Below, piece by piece: positions 25,214-33,938 of a stretch of DNA of 39,559 nucleotides. Source of the DNA: Gammaproteobacteria bacterium (GTDB taxonomy: Bacteria > Pseudomonadota > Gammaproteobacteria > Pseudomonadales > JAHFSE01); assembly GCA_023265895.1 (NCBI GenBank), contig JAHFSE010000012.1:1-39559 (forward strand). The letters run 5' to 3'. The notes under the pieces are model-generated. The model ran no database searches. It worked only from the letters and a program-made list of their open reading frames with translations, and was not told the DNA's origin. The position numbers and the translations under genes are program-made. Numbering within the stretch: position 1 is the stretch's first letter; each line of letters begins with the position of its first letter.

Positions 25214-25924
25214 ATGAAATTTTCTTGGTTTTTTTTAAGTATTCTTATTTTTCTATTGCCTTTGGAGGCAAAAGCAATTTCTGATTTTGTTTCTAAAAAA
25301 GAGCTACAAAACTCCGTTTATGCATTTGCTACAGAATACAGCAAACAATGGATCCACTCAGAAAAACAACGCATTGAAATTGTTATTGATCCAATTGTAA
25401 ATAATATTTATTTACCAGTTTGCACTCAAAAACTCGAGCTACAAGCAATGCACAATCGTTTGGCACAAGGCCGCCTCACTGTAAAAATTATGTGCAGTAT
25501 GCCTCAATGGAGTTTTTATGTTGGTGTTCAGATACACCACTATGATGAGGTGGTCATGAGCAATCAACCTATCTTACAAAACACATTGATTACCAAGGAG
25601 ATGCTCAAAATACAGCGAATGGAAATTACTGAATTAACGCAAGGTTATTTTACTGAAATAGCGCAAATTACAGGATCTTTCGCACAACATCCTTTGCCGA
25701 TTAATCAAATTATGACACCTTATTTACTTAAAATAAGACCTTTAATTCAAGCACAGGAACAAGTCACTATTATGGCCAATCTGGGCTCAATACAAATTAA
25801 AACCACAGGTATTGCACTGAATTCAGGACAAAAAGGAGATTTGATTCGTGTTCGCAATCTTTCAAGTCATAAAATTGTCGAGGGTTTAATTATGGATGCT
25901 GGTCTTATTGCAGTAAATCATTAG
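25214..25924 (+). CDS. flgA: P-ring assembly chaperone FlgA
   Basis: The signal peptide is MKFSWFFLSILIFLLPLEAKA. The C-terminal GDLIRVRNLSSHKIVEGLIMDAGLIAV is the typical FlgA/SAF-type end. The gene is divergent from flgB. Confidence 0.75.
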   Translation: MKFSWFFLSILIFLLPLEAKAISDFVSKKELQNSVYAFATEYSKQWIHSEKQRIEIVIDPIVNNIYLPVCTQKLELQAMHNRLAQGRLTVKIMCSMPQWSFYVGVQIHHYDEVVMSNQPILQNTLITKEMLKIQRMEITELTQGYFTEIAQITGSFAQHPLPINQIMTPYLLKIRPLIQAQEQVTIMANLGSIQIKTTGIALNSGQKGDLIRVRNLSSHKIVEGLIMDAGLIAVNH

Positions 25925-25953
25925 ACTGGAAGCTCCTATAATGCATTTTATAC

Positions 25954-25980
25954 TCAAGAAACTTACCCTTCTGCCGATCT
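25954..25980 (+). promoter_or_regulatory. Sigma28-type promoter upstream of flgM
   Basis: TCAA-gaaacttacccttct-GCCGATCT fits TAAA-N15-GCCGATAA, with 3/4 in the -35 element and 6/8 in the -10 element. It ends 40 nt before the flgM ATG. Confidence 0.5.
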
Positions 25981-26020
25981 AATTAATGCATCTGTAGATT
26001 TTTCTTTAGGAACATCCGTA

Positions 26021-26326
26021 ATGCCAATTGAAATCAATAGGTTGTCAGGCATTCCCCATAGCGTGACAACAAACCATGATGTATTAACACCCAATCAAAA
26101 GTTATTACATACTGAAAATGCTGCTGTCATAACAAAGGATAGTAGCCAAGTTGAATTGAGTGAGCAGGCGGTCATACTTGAAAAGCTTACTCAACGATTA
26201 GAGCAAGCACCCATTCTAGATATGGAAAAAATAACGCTCTATCGTGAAGCAATTCAACAAGGTAATTATTCTATTAATGCATACCGCATTGCTCAACGTT
26301 TATTAGATGCAGATAACTGGTTTTAA
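26021..26326 (+). CDS. flgM: Anti-sigma-28 factor FlgM
   Basis: The 101-aa product has the C-terminal KITLYREAIQQGNYSINAYRIAQRLLD, which matches the FlgM sigma28-binding helix pattern. The gene follows flgA. Confidence 0.75.
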   Translation: MPIEINRLSGIPHSVTTNHDVLTPNQKLLHTENAAVITKDSSQVELSEQAVILEKLTQRLEQAPILDMEKITLYREAIQQGNYSINAYRIAQRLLDADNWF

Positions 26327-26355
26327 TCCATGACGCAATTGCAATAGGAATTTTT

Positions 26356-26868
26356 ATGGCAGAGATCTTCATACCCTACACCATTCAAACGCTCATTGAA
26401 TTATTAACTAAAAATCGCCAATCACTGGAGCAATTGAGCCAAACATTAGTAGAAGAACGTCAATGCTGTGAATCAGTAGAACACTATAGTTTAACTGCTA
26501 TATTGCAAAAAAAAGAAATGGTAATAAAAGAAATTATGCTGTCTCAACACCGTCTTATTCAATATCTTGATGAACTTGGATATCCAGCACTGAATCAAAA
26601 ATTTCAATTAGATTTATTAGAAAAACTACTTATACAAACACCTGATTCACTAAAAAATCAGCTGAAAGAAGCTTGGACACAACTCAAATTAAAACTACAT
26701 GAAACGCATTATTTAAATAGTGTTAATGAAAAAATCGTACAGCATAGAAAACATGTGACGGATCATTTATTAGTGCTATTAAAAGGATGCACAATACCCA
26801 ATGCTATTTACCAAGCTGATGGTCGAGCCCATACATCGATGGATTTTCATTCTCTTGCACGAGCATAA
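26356..26868 (+). CDS. flgN: Probable FlgN-family export chaperone for FlgK/FlgL
   Basis: The product is predicted helical and has the FlgN-like LIELLTKNRQSLEQLSQTLVEERQ start. The gene lies directly after flgM. At 170 aa it is longer than usual. Its last 22 nt overlap the convergent MTA phosphorylase gene. Confidence 0.5.
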   Translation: MAEIFIPYTIQTLIELLTKNRQSLEQLSQTLVEERQCCESVEHYSLTAILQKKEMVIKEIMLSQHRLIQYLDELGYPALNQKFQLDLLEKLLIQTPDSLKNQLKEAWTQLKLKLHETHYLNSVNEKIVQHRKHVTDHLLVLLKGCTIPNAIYQADGRAHTSMDFHSLARA

Positions 26869-27623
26869 ACAGCATCACTCAAAAAAGTCGATAATATTTC
26901 TTTTATTGTCCCCATGCCTTGCTGCATATGATGTTCTATTTCTGCTAAGGAGATAATATTTTGAGTTAATCCAGCTGCTGGATTAACAACAAGACATAAA
27001 CTGGCATAGGCAATATCCAACTCTCTTGCCAAGCAGGCTTCTGGCATAGCGGTCATCCCCACAATATCACAACCATCACGCTGCATACGGGTTATTTCTG
27101 CTGCTGTTTCCAATCTTGGCCCTTGGGTACAACCATAAACACCACTAGGATGACAATGCAGTTTTAATTTTTTCACCGCATCTAACAAACGCTGTCTTAG
27201 AGACTCATTATAAGGAAAACTAAAATCAATATGCCGAACTGTTTCACCTTCAATATCGCAAAAACTATTAGATCGACCGTAAGTATAATCAATAATTTGA
27301 TCAGGAATGACGAATTGACCGGGTTGACGCATGGAAACATGAATACCGCCCACCACATTGACTGCAACAATTTGGCGAACACCCATCTGTTTTAATGCAA
27401 ATAAATTAGCACGGTAATTAATGGCATGAGGTGGTATATGATGTGGACGACCATGACGCGCTAAAAATACGACAGATTTCCCCTGCCATATGCCAAGCAT
27501 CATAGCACCGGAGGGCGAACCCCAAGGCGTTGTGAGTTCGCAAAAACTGCTCTGCTCTAACGTGGCCAATTCATTCAAACCACTACCGCCAATAATTGCA
27601 AAATCTGCTTGCGGTTGATTCAT
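26847..27623 (-). CDS. mtnP: S-methyl-5'-thioadenosine (or thioinosine) phosphorylase, PNP family
   Basis: FAIIGGSGLNEL ... FLARHGRPHHIPPHAINYRANLFALKQMGV ... GPRLETAAEI ... GMTAMPEACLAREL. Confidence 0.85.
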   Translation of the reverse strand: MNQPQADFAIIGGSGLNELATLEQSSFCELTTPWGSPSGAMMLGIWQGKSVVFLARHGRPHHIPPHAINYRANLFALKQMGVRQIVAVNVVGGIHVSMRQPGQFVIPDQIIDYTYGRSNSFCDIEGETVRHIDFSFPYNESLRQRLLDAVKKLKLHCHPSGVYGCTQGPRLETAAEITRMQRDGCDIVGMTAMPEACLARELDIAYASLCLVVNPAAGLTQNIISLAEIEHHMQQGMGTIKEILSTFLSDAVYARARE

Positions 27624-27643
27624 CGTAATATCCTAATTATTAA

Positions 27644-28210
27644 TTAAACAGCATCTTCATCTGCCACAGCATAAACACCATTAGCATTACGCCAATATCC
27701 TTTATAGTCCATTCCAAAACCAAATAAATAACGATCTTCAACTTCAACACCCATAAAATCTGGTGTCCAATTAGGTCGCGCTTTACGCTGATGTTGTTTA
27801 TTGACTAAAACCGCTGTATAAATTTTTGCTGCGCCTTGCGATTCCAAGGCATGTAAAATTTCAGCTAAAGTCGTGCCCTCATCTAAAATATCATCCACAA
27901 CTAAAACATAACGATTGTCTAACGCAATATCAGGTTCAGCCTTCCAAATTAAATGCTGGCCAGAGAGCTGATTGGCATAACGAGTGGCATGCAAATAATC
28001 GACTTCTAATGGGAAATCTAACAATGTGAGTAGATGACCTGTAAAAATAAAACCACCTTTCATCACTGTGAGAATTAATGGATTTTTATCGGCTAATACC
28101 GCTGTAATTTCCTGTGCCATACGCTGAATCTGCTGCTGAACAACAACAGCAGAAACCAAACAGTTAGCACGCTGTTTTACCTGCTGCATCTTTTCAATTT
28201 GCTTCATCAT
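27644..28210 (-). CDS. hpt: Hypoxanthine/guanine phosphoribosyltransferase
   Basis: The PRPP-binding motif YVLVVDDILDEGTTL, the MKGGFIF motif, and the size (188 aa) support the call. Confidence 0.8.
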   Translation of the reverse strand: MMKQIEKMQQVKQRANCLVSAVVVQQQIQRMAQEITAVLADKNPLILTVMKGGFIFTGHLLTLLDFPLEVDYLHATRYANQLSGQHLIWKAEPDIALDNRYVLVVDDILDEGTTLAEILHALESQGAAKIYTAVLVNKQHQRKARPNWTPDFMGVEVEDRYLFGFGMDYKGYWRNANGVYAVADEDAV

Positions 28211-29232
28211 TGATATCCAGCCAATTCTGCTTGTAATGCTAAACGCTCAACAGATTGTGCGTACTCAGGCCAACGAGGATGTGGTTTTGCTAACAAAGTC
28301 ATTAATAAGGTATGTATTGCTTGTCTATCGAGTGAAGCTTTTGATAATGATTCTAATACGGCTAATGCTCCAGAACGGTGATTACAGACTAAAACCATTG
28401 TACAACCAGCAGCTAATGCTTGTTGTGCACGCACACCAAAGTCACCTACACCCGAAGCGCCTTCCATACTTAAATCATCACTAAATATAACGCCTTTAAA
28501 ACCCAGTTGTTGCCGTAATATTTTTTGCAACCAAAACACAGAAAAGCCAGCCGGCTGGCTATCTACTTGGGAATAAATAATATGCGCTGGCATAATTGCT
28601 TGCAATTCACCTGCTAAATTTTTAAACGGTACCAAATCTAATTCAACAATTTCATTAAAACTTCGAGTATCTTCAGGAATTGCCACATGAGAGTCCGCAG
28701 CAACCGCACCATGTCCTGGAAAATGTTTTCCCGTAGCTGCCATACCTTGCTGCGCCATACCAGCAATAAAATGTCGTGCTAATTGAGTGATAGTTTCAGG
28801 ATCTGCACTAAAAGCACGATCACCAATGACAGCACTGATCCCATGATTTAAATCCAATACTGGTGCAAAACTAATATCAATACCTAAAGCAAGCATTTCT
28901 CCTGCAATTAATTGTCCTGCAACGAAAGCATAACGATAGGCTGCTTCAATATTCTGCTCATACACTTGTCCAATATGACTCATCGCTGGTACAGCTGAAA
29001 AACCAGACCGAAATCGTTGCACACGACCACCTTCTTGATCTACAGAAATAATGATTGGAGAACGACAAGCACGAATTTCTTGTATCAAATCTTGTAACTG
29101 CTCAGCATTCATAAAATTTCGAGTAAATAAAATAACACCGCCTACTAACGGATGCTGTAATAGGACGCGCTCTTCTTCGGTCAGTTGAGTGCCTTCCAAA
29201 TCTAACATCACTGGCCCTAATAATTGCTCCAT
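28207..29232 (-). CDS. nagZ: Beta-N-acetylhexosaminidase NagZ (peptidoglycan recycling, GH3)
   Basis: GPVMLDLEGTQLTEEERVLLQHPLVGGVILFTRNF ... ISVDQEGGRVQRF ... KHFPGHGAVAADSH ... VIFSDDLSMEGA. There is a 4-nt overlap with hpt. Confidence 0.9.
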   Translation of the reverse strand: MEQLLGPVMLDLEGTQLTEEERVLLQHPLVGGVILFTRNFMNAEQLQDLIQEIRACRSPIIISVDQEGGRVQRFRSGFSAVPAMSHIGQVYEQNIEAAYRYAFVAGQLIAGEMLALGIDISFAPVLDLNHGISAVIGDRAFSADPETITQLARHFIAGMAQQGMAATGKHFPGHGAVAADSHVAIPEDTRSFNEIVELDLVPFKNLAGELQAIMPAHIIYSQVDSQPAGFSVFWLQKILRQQLGFKGVIFSDDLSMEGASGVGDFGVRAQQALAAGCTMVLVCNHRSGALAVLESLSKASLDRQAIHTLLMTLLAKPHPRWPEYAQSVERLALQAELAGYQ

Positions 29233-29243
29233 ATTAAAAACCT

Positions 29244-29711
29244 CTAATCAATAAAAACATCACAGCCGATTGTGACCTGATCAAATAATTCCAACACATC
29301 GCAATTACGCATGCGAATACAACCATGAGAAGCAGGAATCCCCATGGGTTCAGAATCAGGTGTACCATGAATATAAATATAACGCTGCATCGTATCGCAA
29401 TCACCTAAACGGTTGTGCCCTACTTCACAGCCACTTAACCAAAGAATGCGCGTTAAAATCCAATCGCGTTGGGGATATTGTTGAGCCAAGGCAGGCTGAT
29501 AAATTTCACCGGTAAAACGACGCCCCACGAAAACTGCATTTTTAGCCAATCCTGCGCCTATTTTTGCACGAATAATATGATGTCCAGTGGGTGTTTGCTC
29601 AGAATTTTTAAGTTGCCCTCGCCCCTTGATTGAGCTGGAAATAATATATTGTTTCACAGCAGTCAGTGAAATCCATTTTAATTGCTGTTGATCAATATCA
29701 ATTTGAATCAT
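29244..29711 (-). CDS. YkuD-fold L,D-transpeptidase-family protein without a recognisable signal peptide
   Basis: The catalytic motif is IHGTPDSEPMGIPASHGCIRMRNCDVLELF. The N-terminus MIQIDIDQQQLKWISLTAVKQ has no hydrophobic leader. Confidence 0.8.
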   Translation of the reverse strand: MIQIDIDQQQLKWISLTAVKQYIISSSIKGRGQLKNSEQTPTGHHIIRAKIGAGLAKNAVFVGRRFTGEIYQPALAQQYPQRDWILTRILWLSGCEVGHNRLGDCDTMQRYIYIHGTPDSEPMGIPASHGCIRMRNCDVLELFDQVTIGCDVFID

Positions 29712-29779
29712 GAAAATCGAATGATGTTAGTCAAGGAAAAGTAAGGCGCTAAAAAGTTATCCTGCCTTATTTAAGGCGA

Positions 29780-30055
29780 TTAAGCGAATTTTTTCTGCAA
29801 AGCCGATACTAATTCAATGTATTCCTGTTGAGCTGCTTCAGTAGATTTCCCTGATAGCGCAGCCCAAGCATCATATTTTGCTCGAGCAACCATATTTAAT
29901 AATCCAGGACGACTCCCACCAACATCACCGACACTGGCCTGTTTAAATAGGGCATATAATTTTAATAAGCTATAGTCATCCGGTTTTTTAGTTAATTTTT
30001 TAATCTCTTGCTGAGCTTGTAAAAATGCTTGCTCGACATTGATTGATTCTGACAT
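29780..30055 (-). CDS. Acyl-CoA-binding protein (ACBP)
   Basis: The 91-aa sequence LLKLYALFKQASVGDVGGSRPGLLNMVARAKYDAWAAL is the ACBP signature. Confidence 0.75.
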   Translation of the reverse strand: MSESINVEQAFLQAQQEIKKLTKKPDDYSLLKLYALFKQASVGDVGGSRPGLLNMVARAKYDAWAALSGKSTEAAQQEYIELVSALQKKFA

Positions 30056-30095
30056 AGCTCATTTTTCCTAACCAATTAAAATAATAAAAATGGAA

Positions 30096-30872
30096 TTATC
30101 GCTCAACGAAAGCACGCTCAATCACATAGTCACCTGGTGTGCCAATATGCGGAGAAATTTGAAAATCTCGCGCAACTAACATCGCCTCTAAATCAGCTAA
30201 CATATTAGGACTGCCACAAATCATGACGCGATCCTCATTCGGATGAAACGGCGGTAAACCAATATCAGAAAATAGTTTACCTGTCTCAATCAGGTGGGTA
30301 ATCCGCCCTTGATGAAAATAAGGTTCTCGCGTGACGGTTGGATAATAAATGAGTTTATCGCGCACGACCTCACCAAAAAATTCATTGTTGGGCAACTCTT
30401 GAGTAATGTACTCACCATAAGCCAACTCACTGATCCAACGCACACCGTGAACTAATATAACTTTCTCAAAGCGTTCATAGATTTCTGGATCTTTAATTAA
30501 ACTCATAAAGGGTGCAAGCCCAGTACCCGTTGATAATAAGTAGAGATGCTTACCAGGTAATAAATCACGCACGACTAATGTACCCGTGGGTTTACGACTC
30601 ACCAGTAATTCATCGCCGGGCTGTAAATGCTGCAATCGTGAAGTGAGCGGCCCATTCTGCACCTTGATGCTGAAAAATTCCAATTGCTCTTCATAATTTG
30701 CACTAGCGATACTATAAGCTCGTAATAAAGGTTTTTTTTCACCTTGGAGTCCAATCATCACAAATTGACCATTTTCAAAACGTAATCCCGGTGCTCGAGT
30801 AGTGGTAAAACTAAATAAGGTGTCGTTCCAGTGTCGAACGGTCAACACACGCTCGACTTCAAGAGTGGCCAT
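30096..30872 (-). CDS. fpr: Ferredoxin-NADP+ reductase (bacterial Fpr type)
   Basis: VLTVRHWNDTLFSFTTTRAPGLRFENGQFVMIGL ... RAYSIAS ... LLSTGTGLAPFMS ... ICGSPNM ... YVIERAF. Confidence 0.9.
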   Translation of the reverse strand: MATLEVERVLTVRHWNDTLFSFTTTRAPGLRFENGQFVMIGLQGEKKPLLRAYSIASANYEEQLEFFSIKVQNGPLTSRLQHLQPGDELLVSRKPTGTLVVRDLLPGKHLYLLSTGTGLAPFMSLIKDPEIYERFEKVILVHGVRWISELAYGEYITQELPNNEFFGEVVRDKLIYYPTVTREPYFHQGRITHLIETGKLFSDIGLPPFHPNEDRVMICGSPNMLADLEAMLVARDFQISPHIGTPGDYVIERAFVER

Positions 30873-31044
30873 GATTCAAAACTACCTTTAAGAATTGAAG
30901 TGAATGAATCCCACCACGAGCCATAGAAAAATGACTCGATTTGGGAAAATGCGGCAACTATTGTAGGGCTTCTTGGCAGACTTTTGAACTCAACAAGTGG
31001 AATTTTTGCGCTTTAGCAAGTTGAAAGATGCTTTAGAGCTCAAA

Positions 31045-31428
31045 CTACATAGTATGAGTCGCACGATCAGAACTTAAAACACCCGCTAGGTAATTCTCTA
31101 TTTTTGCCTTAGGCATGACATCTTGATCATTAAACTGCACACCAATGCCCGCTATTCGTCCTCCCTGAGCACTCGCCGGCGTAATCCAGACAATTCTCCC
31201 AGCAATCGGTAATTTATCTGGCTCATCCATCAAATCTAATAGCAAAAATACCTCTTCTCCAAGCTGATACGACTTATTGGTTGGAATGAATAAACCACCA
31301 TTGCGCACAAAAGACATATAAGCAGAAAATAATACCGCTTTATCTTTGATGGCCAATGACAAGATACCACTTCGCCCCATTTCAGCTGCTTTGGTTTGGC
31401 TAGACATAGGTTTCCTCAGACTGAACAA
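31045..31428 (-). CDS. pilZ: Type IV pilus assembly protein PilZ
   Basis: GILSLAIKDKAVLFSAYMSFVRNGGLFIPTNKSYQLGEEVFLLLDLMDEPDKLPIAGRIVWITPASAQGGRIAGIGVQFND is very close to the canonical PilZ sequence. The true start may be the internal ATG at 31407. Confidence 0.8.
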   Translation of the reverse strand: MFSLRKPMSSQTKAAEMGRSGILSLAIKDKAVLFSAYMSFVRNGGLFIPTNKSYQLGEEVFLLLDLMDEPDKLPIAGRIVWITPASAQGGRIAGIGVQFNDQDVMPKAKIENYLAGVLSSDRATHTM

Positions 31429-31478
31429 ACAAAAAAGAGCTAACTATCCCTTTGGCAGTATAGAACAAAATAGATGAT

Positions 31479-32786
31479 TTAATGGGCAATGCGAGGCCAA
31501 TAAGTCTTAAAATCAAAAACCGGGCTATGTTTCTCATTATGACATTGCAGACAAATAGGCTGCGCTTGTAACTTTAAATTCGCCATTTTTTGTAAAGCTG
31601 GCGATTGTACATGAGCCAAGCCAGGGCCATGACAGGACTCACATTGAATATGACTCAATTGCGGCGTTAATAGTTCATCGACAAAGCCACCCGCTTGCCC
31701 ATAACCCACCACATGACAACCAACACATTCTGGATCAAATTGCTTATTCACTGCCTTTAATGCATTCAGCGCATGACTGTGTTGAGAAGATTGCCAAACA
31801 GTCATAGCTTTCAGATGACAGGTACCACAGGTTTCTGCGCCAGCATAAATAGGATGCTGCACCCATTTTGCATTGGCTTGCGCACGTTGTTGATATAACT
31901 GTTTAGCCGCTTGATTGTAGTGTTGATACCAAGTCTGCATGCTCGCCGCATTAGCCACTTTGGTACTTAAGGAAATAATTTTTTGCTGATAGCTGAGCAG
32001 CCGGTGTTGTTGCGCACTCCACTGCAAATGCAATACACCTAACTGCTTGCCTTGCTTACCAGGTCGTATCACCAGCGTATGCGCTAATACTTCTGCTTTA
32101 CGATACTGATCGCTGTTTGTATTTGGAATAAGTAAAACATCCACATTTTTCAAATCTAACCACTGAGCTAATACAGTAGGTTCTTGATCGGTCATCAATA
32201 CCGTTAAAAAATGCTGCTGGTGCCGCTGCTGAATTTGCTTCGCTAATGCTTTGCCGTCAAACTCATGCAGCGGTGTTTGATTTCCAGGTTGATGCACGGC
32301 TTTAGCTAAATTCATTGCCGAATAAAAAACGACAGAAACCTCCGGCAATTTTTTTTGTCGCTCAGCCCTAATTTGAGCATTCCATGACTTATTCGCAAGC
32401 CAAGGTAAAGGCACAGACTGCAATAAAGATAAACCAAAAGCAGTATCACGAGGTTGCAAAGCAATAGCGTCATACTTTAATTGTTGAAAACCTTTTAGAA
32501 TATATTCATTTTTTATTTTTGCAGTAACGGAAGTAGTATCCAATAAGGCACCACCAGAGATTAATATTAAATGGGAGTCTCGTTGACGCAATTGCTCAAT
32601 CGCTGTTGCTTGACGACGAATACCACCAAAATCACCTTCCATGGTGCAACCACAAGGCTCCAGCTCACCGAGTAAATGGGAAGAAAACACCAGCGTTAGT
32701 GCAATGGGCTTGTCTGCTTTACCACAGCTGCTCAGGCCTAGGCATAACAAACAAGCCACTATCACATAAGACTGATACTTCAGCAT
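31479..32786 (-). CDS. Lipoprotein with a degenerate metallophosphoesterase/5'-nucleotidase-like N-domain and a C-terminal tetraheme cytochrome c554-like domain
   Basis: The lipobox is LCLGLSSC. The N-domain carries LVFSSHLLGELEPCGC ... LILISGGALLD ... YDAIALQPRDTAFG. These sit at the positions of the DxH / GD / GNHE motifs, but the metal ligands are replaced. Four CxxCH motifs are present: CGTCH, CVGCH, CESCH and CLQCH. The first is followed by the c554-family pattern WQSSQHSHA. Confidence 0.7.
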   Translation of the reverse strand: MLKYQSYVIVACLLCLGLSSCGKADKPIALTLVFSSHLLGELEPCGCTMEGDFGGIRRQATAIEQLRQRDSHLILISGGALLDTTSVTAKIKNEYILKGFQQLKYDAIALQPRDTAFGLSLLQSVPLPWLANKSWNAQIRAERQKKLPEVSVVFYSAMNLAKAVHQPGNQTPLHEFDGKALAKQIQQRHQQHFLTVLMTDQEPTVLAQWLDLKNVDVLLIPNTNSDQYRKAEVLAHTLVIRPGKQGKQLGVLHLQWSAQQHRLLSYQQKIISLSTKVANAASMQTWYQHYNQAAKQLYQQRAQANAKWVQHPIYAGAETCGTCHLKAMTVWQSSQHSHALNALKAVNKQFDPECVGCHVVGYGQAGGFVDELLTPQLSHIQCESCHGPGLAHVQSPALQKMANLKLQAQPICLQCHNEKHSPVFDFKTYWPRIAH

Positions 32787-32802
32787 GAATTATCTGCCCA
32801 AT

Positions 32803-33405
32803 TTAAAATCCTAAAATAGAGCGACTGACTTGCTTACGAATTTCTTTTTCTTCTTGCCACTCTAACAAACCGGTTGTGAGATTTTCCATTTTCAGGGTAA
32901 ATTTATAATAAACATCTTTAGTTTTATGATTACTTTTGACAATACTGCTCAAACTACCATAAATAATATGTTCTGCCGCAGCGTGCTTACCGATACGCGT
33001 TGCTTTTTTAGAATCCACATAAACACTTTTATTTTGATAATCTAACTGCGCCTGTACACTCTGACTGTTAGACATGTCCGTAAATTGGAATTTTTTCGAA
33101 CGAATCAACTTATTCACAATCGTATCTGTCACCGACTCTAAATCAATATGCTCTAAAGTTTTATTTTGCACTTTATCAACGACTAAAATAGGTTTTTTTT
33201 GAGCAGTTAATGCAATGACATCTGGATTTGTCAGTAGAGAATCCACCATCTTCCCTGCAATTTGTTGCAAATCGGTAGAACCAAAATCTATACTCACCGT
33301 TTCTACTGCTTGATCATCGCCATATTCTACTTTACTGGCGCAACCAAACAATCCAACCAAACAAAAAATGCCCAGCATTATTTTAATGTGATTACTTTTA
33401 ATCAT
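32803..33405 (-). CDS. LpoB-like (COG3417-type) outer-membrane lipoprotein, putative PBP1b activator
   Basis: The lipobox is LVGLFGC. VSIDFGSTDLQQIAGKMVDSLL ... KPILVVDKVQNKTLEHID ... IIYGSLSSI follows the LpoB/YcfM pattern. The gene is adjacent to ycfL, as in E. coli. Confidence 0.55.
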   Translation of the reverse strand: MIKSNHIKIMLGIFCLVGLFGCASKVEYGDDQAVETVSIDFGSTDLQQIAGKMVDSLLTNPDVIALTAQKKPILVVDKVQNKTLEHIDLESVTDTIVNKLIRSKKFQFTDMSNSQSVQAQLDYQNKSVYVDSKKATRIGKHAAAEHIIYGSLSSIVKSNHKTKDVYYKFTLKMENLTTGLLEWQEEKEIRKQVSRSILGF

Positions 33406-33420
33406 AAGTATTGTCCTACC

Positions 33421-33879
33421 TTAATATTTACCCAAAAAATTTGTTTTGAATACTTTTGTTGCATCTAAATCTCGAATGCCAATACTAAAACCAGAAGCGG
33501 TTTCGTTAGGCGCAATACCCACTAACAGACGCTCACCCTTACCATAAACAATCATAGGCGTCCAAGCCGAATCATCGACCAAAGGATGATTGTCCTTGTC
33601 ATACCAAGTAAATTGATATTGCAATCGGCGGGTTTGACTTCGGGCATTACGCAATGTGACTCGCCCTCGGTACAAACCATTTTCGTAATCCCCATTGATT
33701 TGATGCACTTCTAACCCATTGGTGAAATAAAAATTCTTCACACTGGATTGGCCCTGATCATTTGCTTTAACCTGTAATCGAAGAGGATTGCTGTCGCAAG
33801 CAGAGATACTCAAAAAATATCCCAGCCCTAACATAATAATTGAATAAAATTTTAATATTTTAAATAAACGCACAAACAT
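33421..33879 (-). CDS. ycfL: YcfL-family (DUF1425) lipoprotein
   Basis: The lipobox is FLSISAC, with Asp at +2. RRLQYQFTWYDKDNHPLVDDSAWTPMIVYGKGERLLVGIAPNETASGFSIGIRD matches the YcfL pattern. ATG 33879 is chosen as the start. Confidence 0.6.
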   Translation of the reverse strand: MFVRLFKILKFYSIIMLGLGYFLSISACDSNPLRLQVKANDQGQSSVKNFYFTNGLEVHQINGDYENGLYRGRVTLRNARSQTRRLQYQFTWYDKDNHPLVDDSAWTPMIVYGKGERLLVGIAPNETASGFSIGIRDLDATKVFKTNFLGKY

Positions 33880-33938
33880 GGTTGCCCACCTCACAATAAA
33901 CAGATTAACTGAGCGCATTAAAATCGGGTTGACCGAGA

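Noticed and set aside
27197-27382. A 61-aa minus-strand ORF inside the MTA phosphorylase gene. Other intragenic ORFs of about 60-82 aa fall in the same class (5021-5257, 7552-7737, 18253-18495, 19355-19555, 19853-20047, 20632-20835, 21289-21537, 27826-28029, 28236-28484, 32606-32788, 33262-33468, 34061-34249).
   Set aside because: All are embedded in, or antisense to, longer ORFs with clear family signatures. None has independent support.
29725-29762. A possible hairpin TAAGGC...GCCTTA downstream of the ACBP gene, as a terminator.
   Set aside because: The stem is only 6 bp, the loop is 16 nt, and the T-run on the minus strand is weak. That is not convincing enough to annotate.
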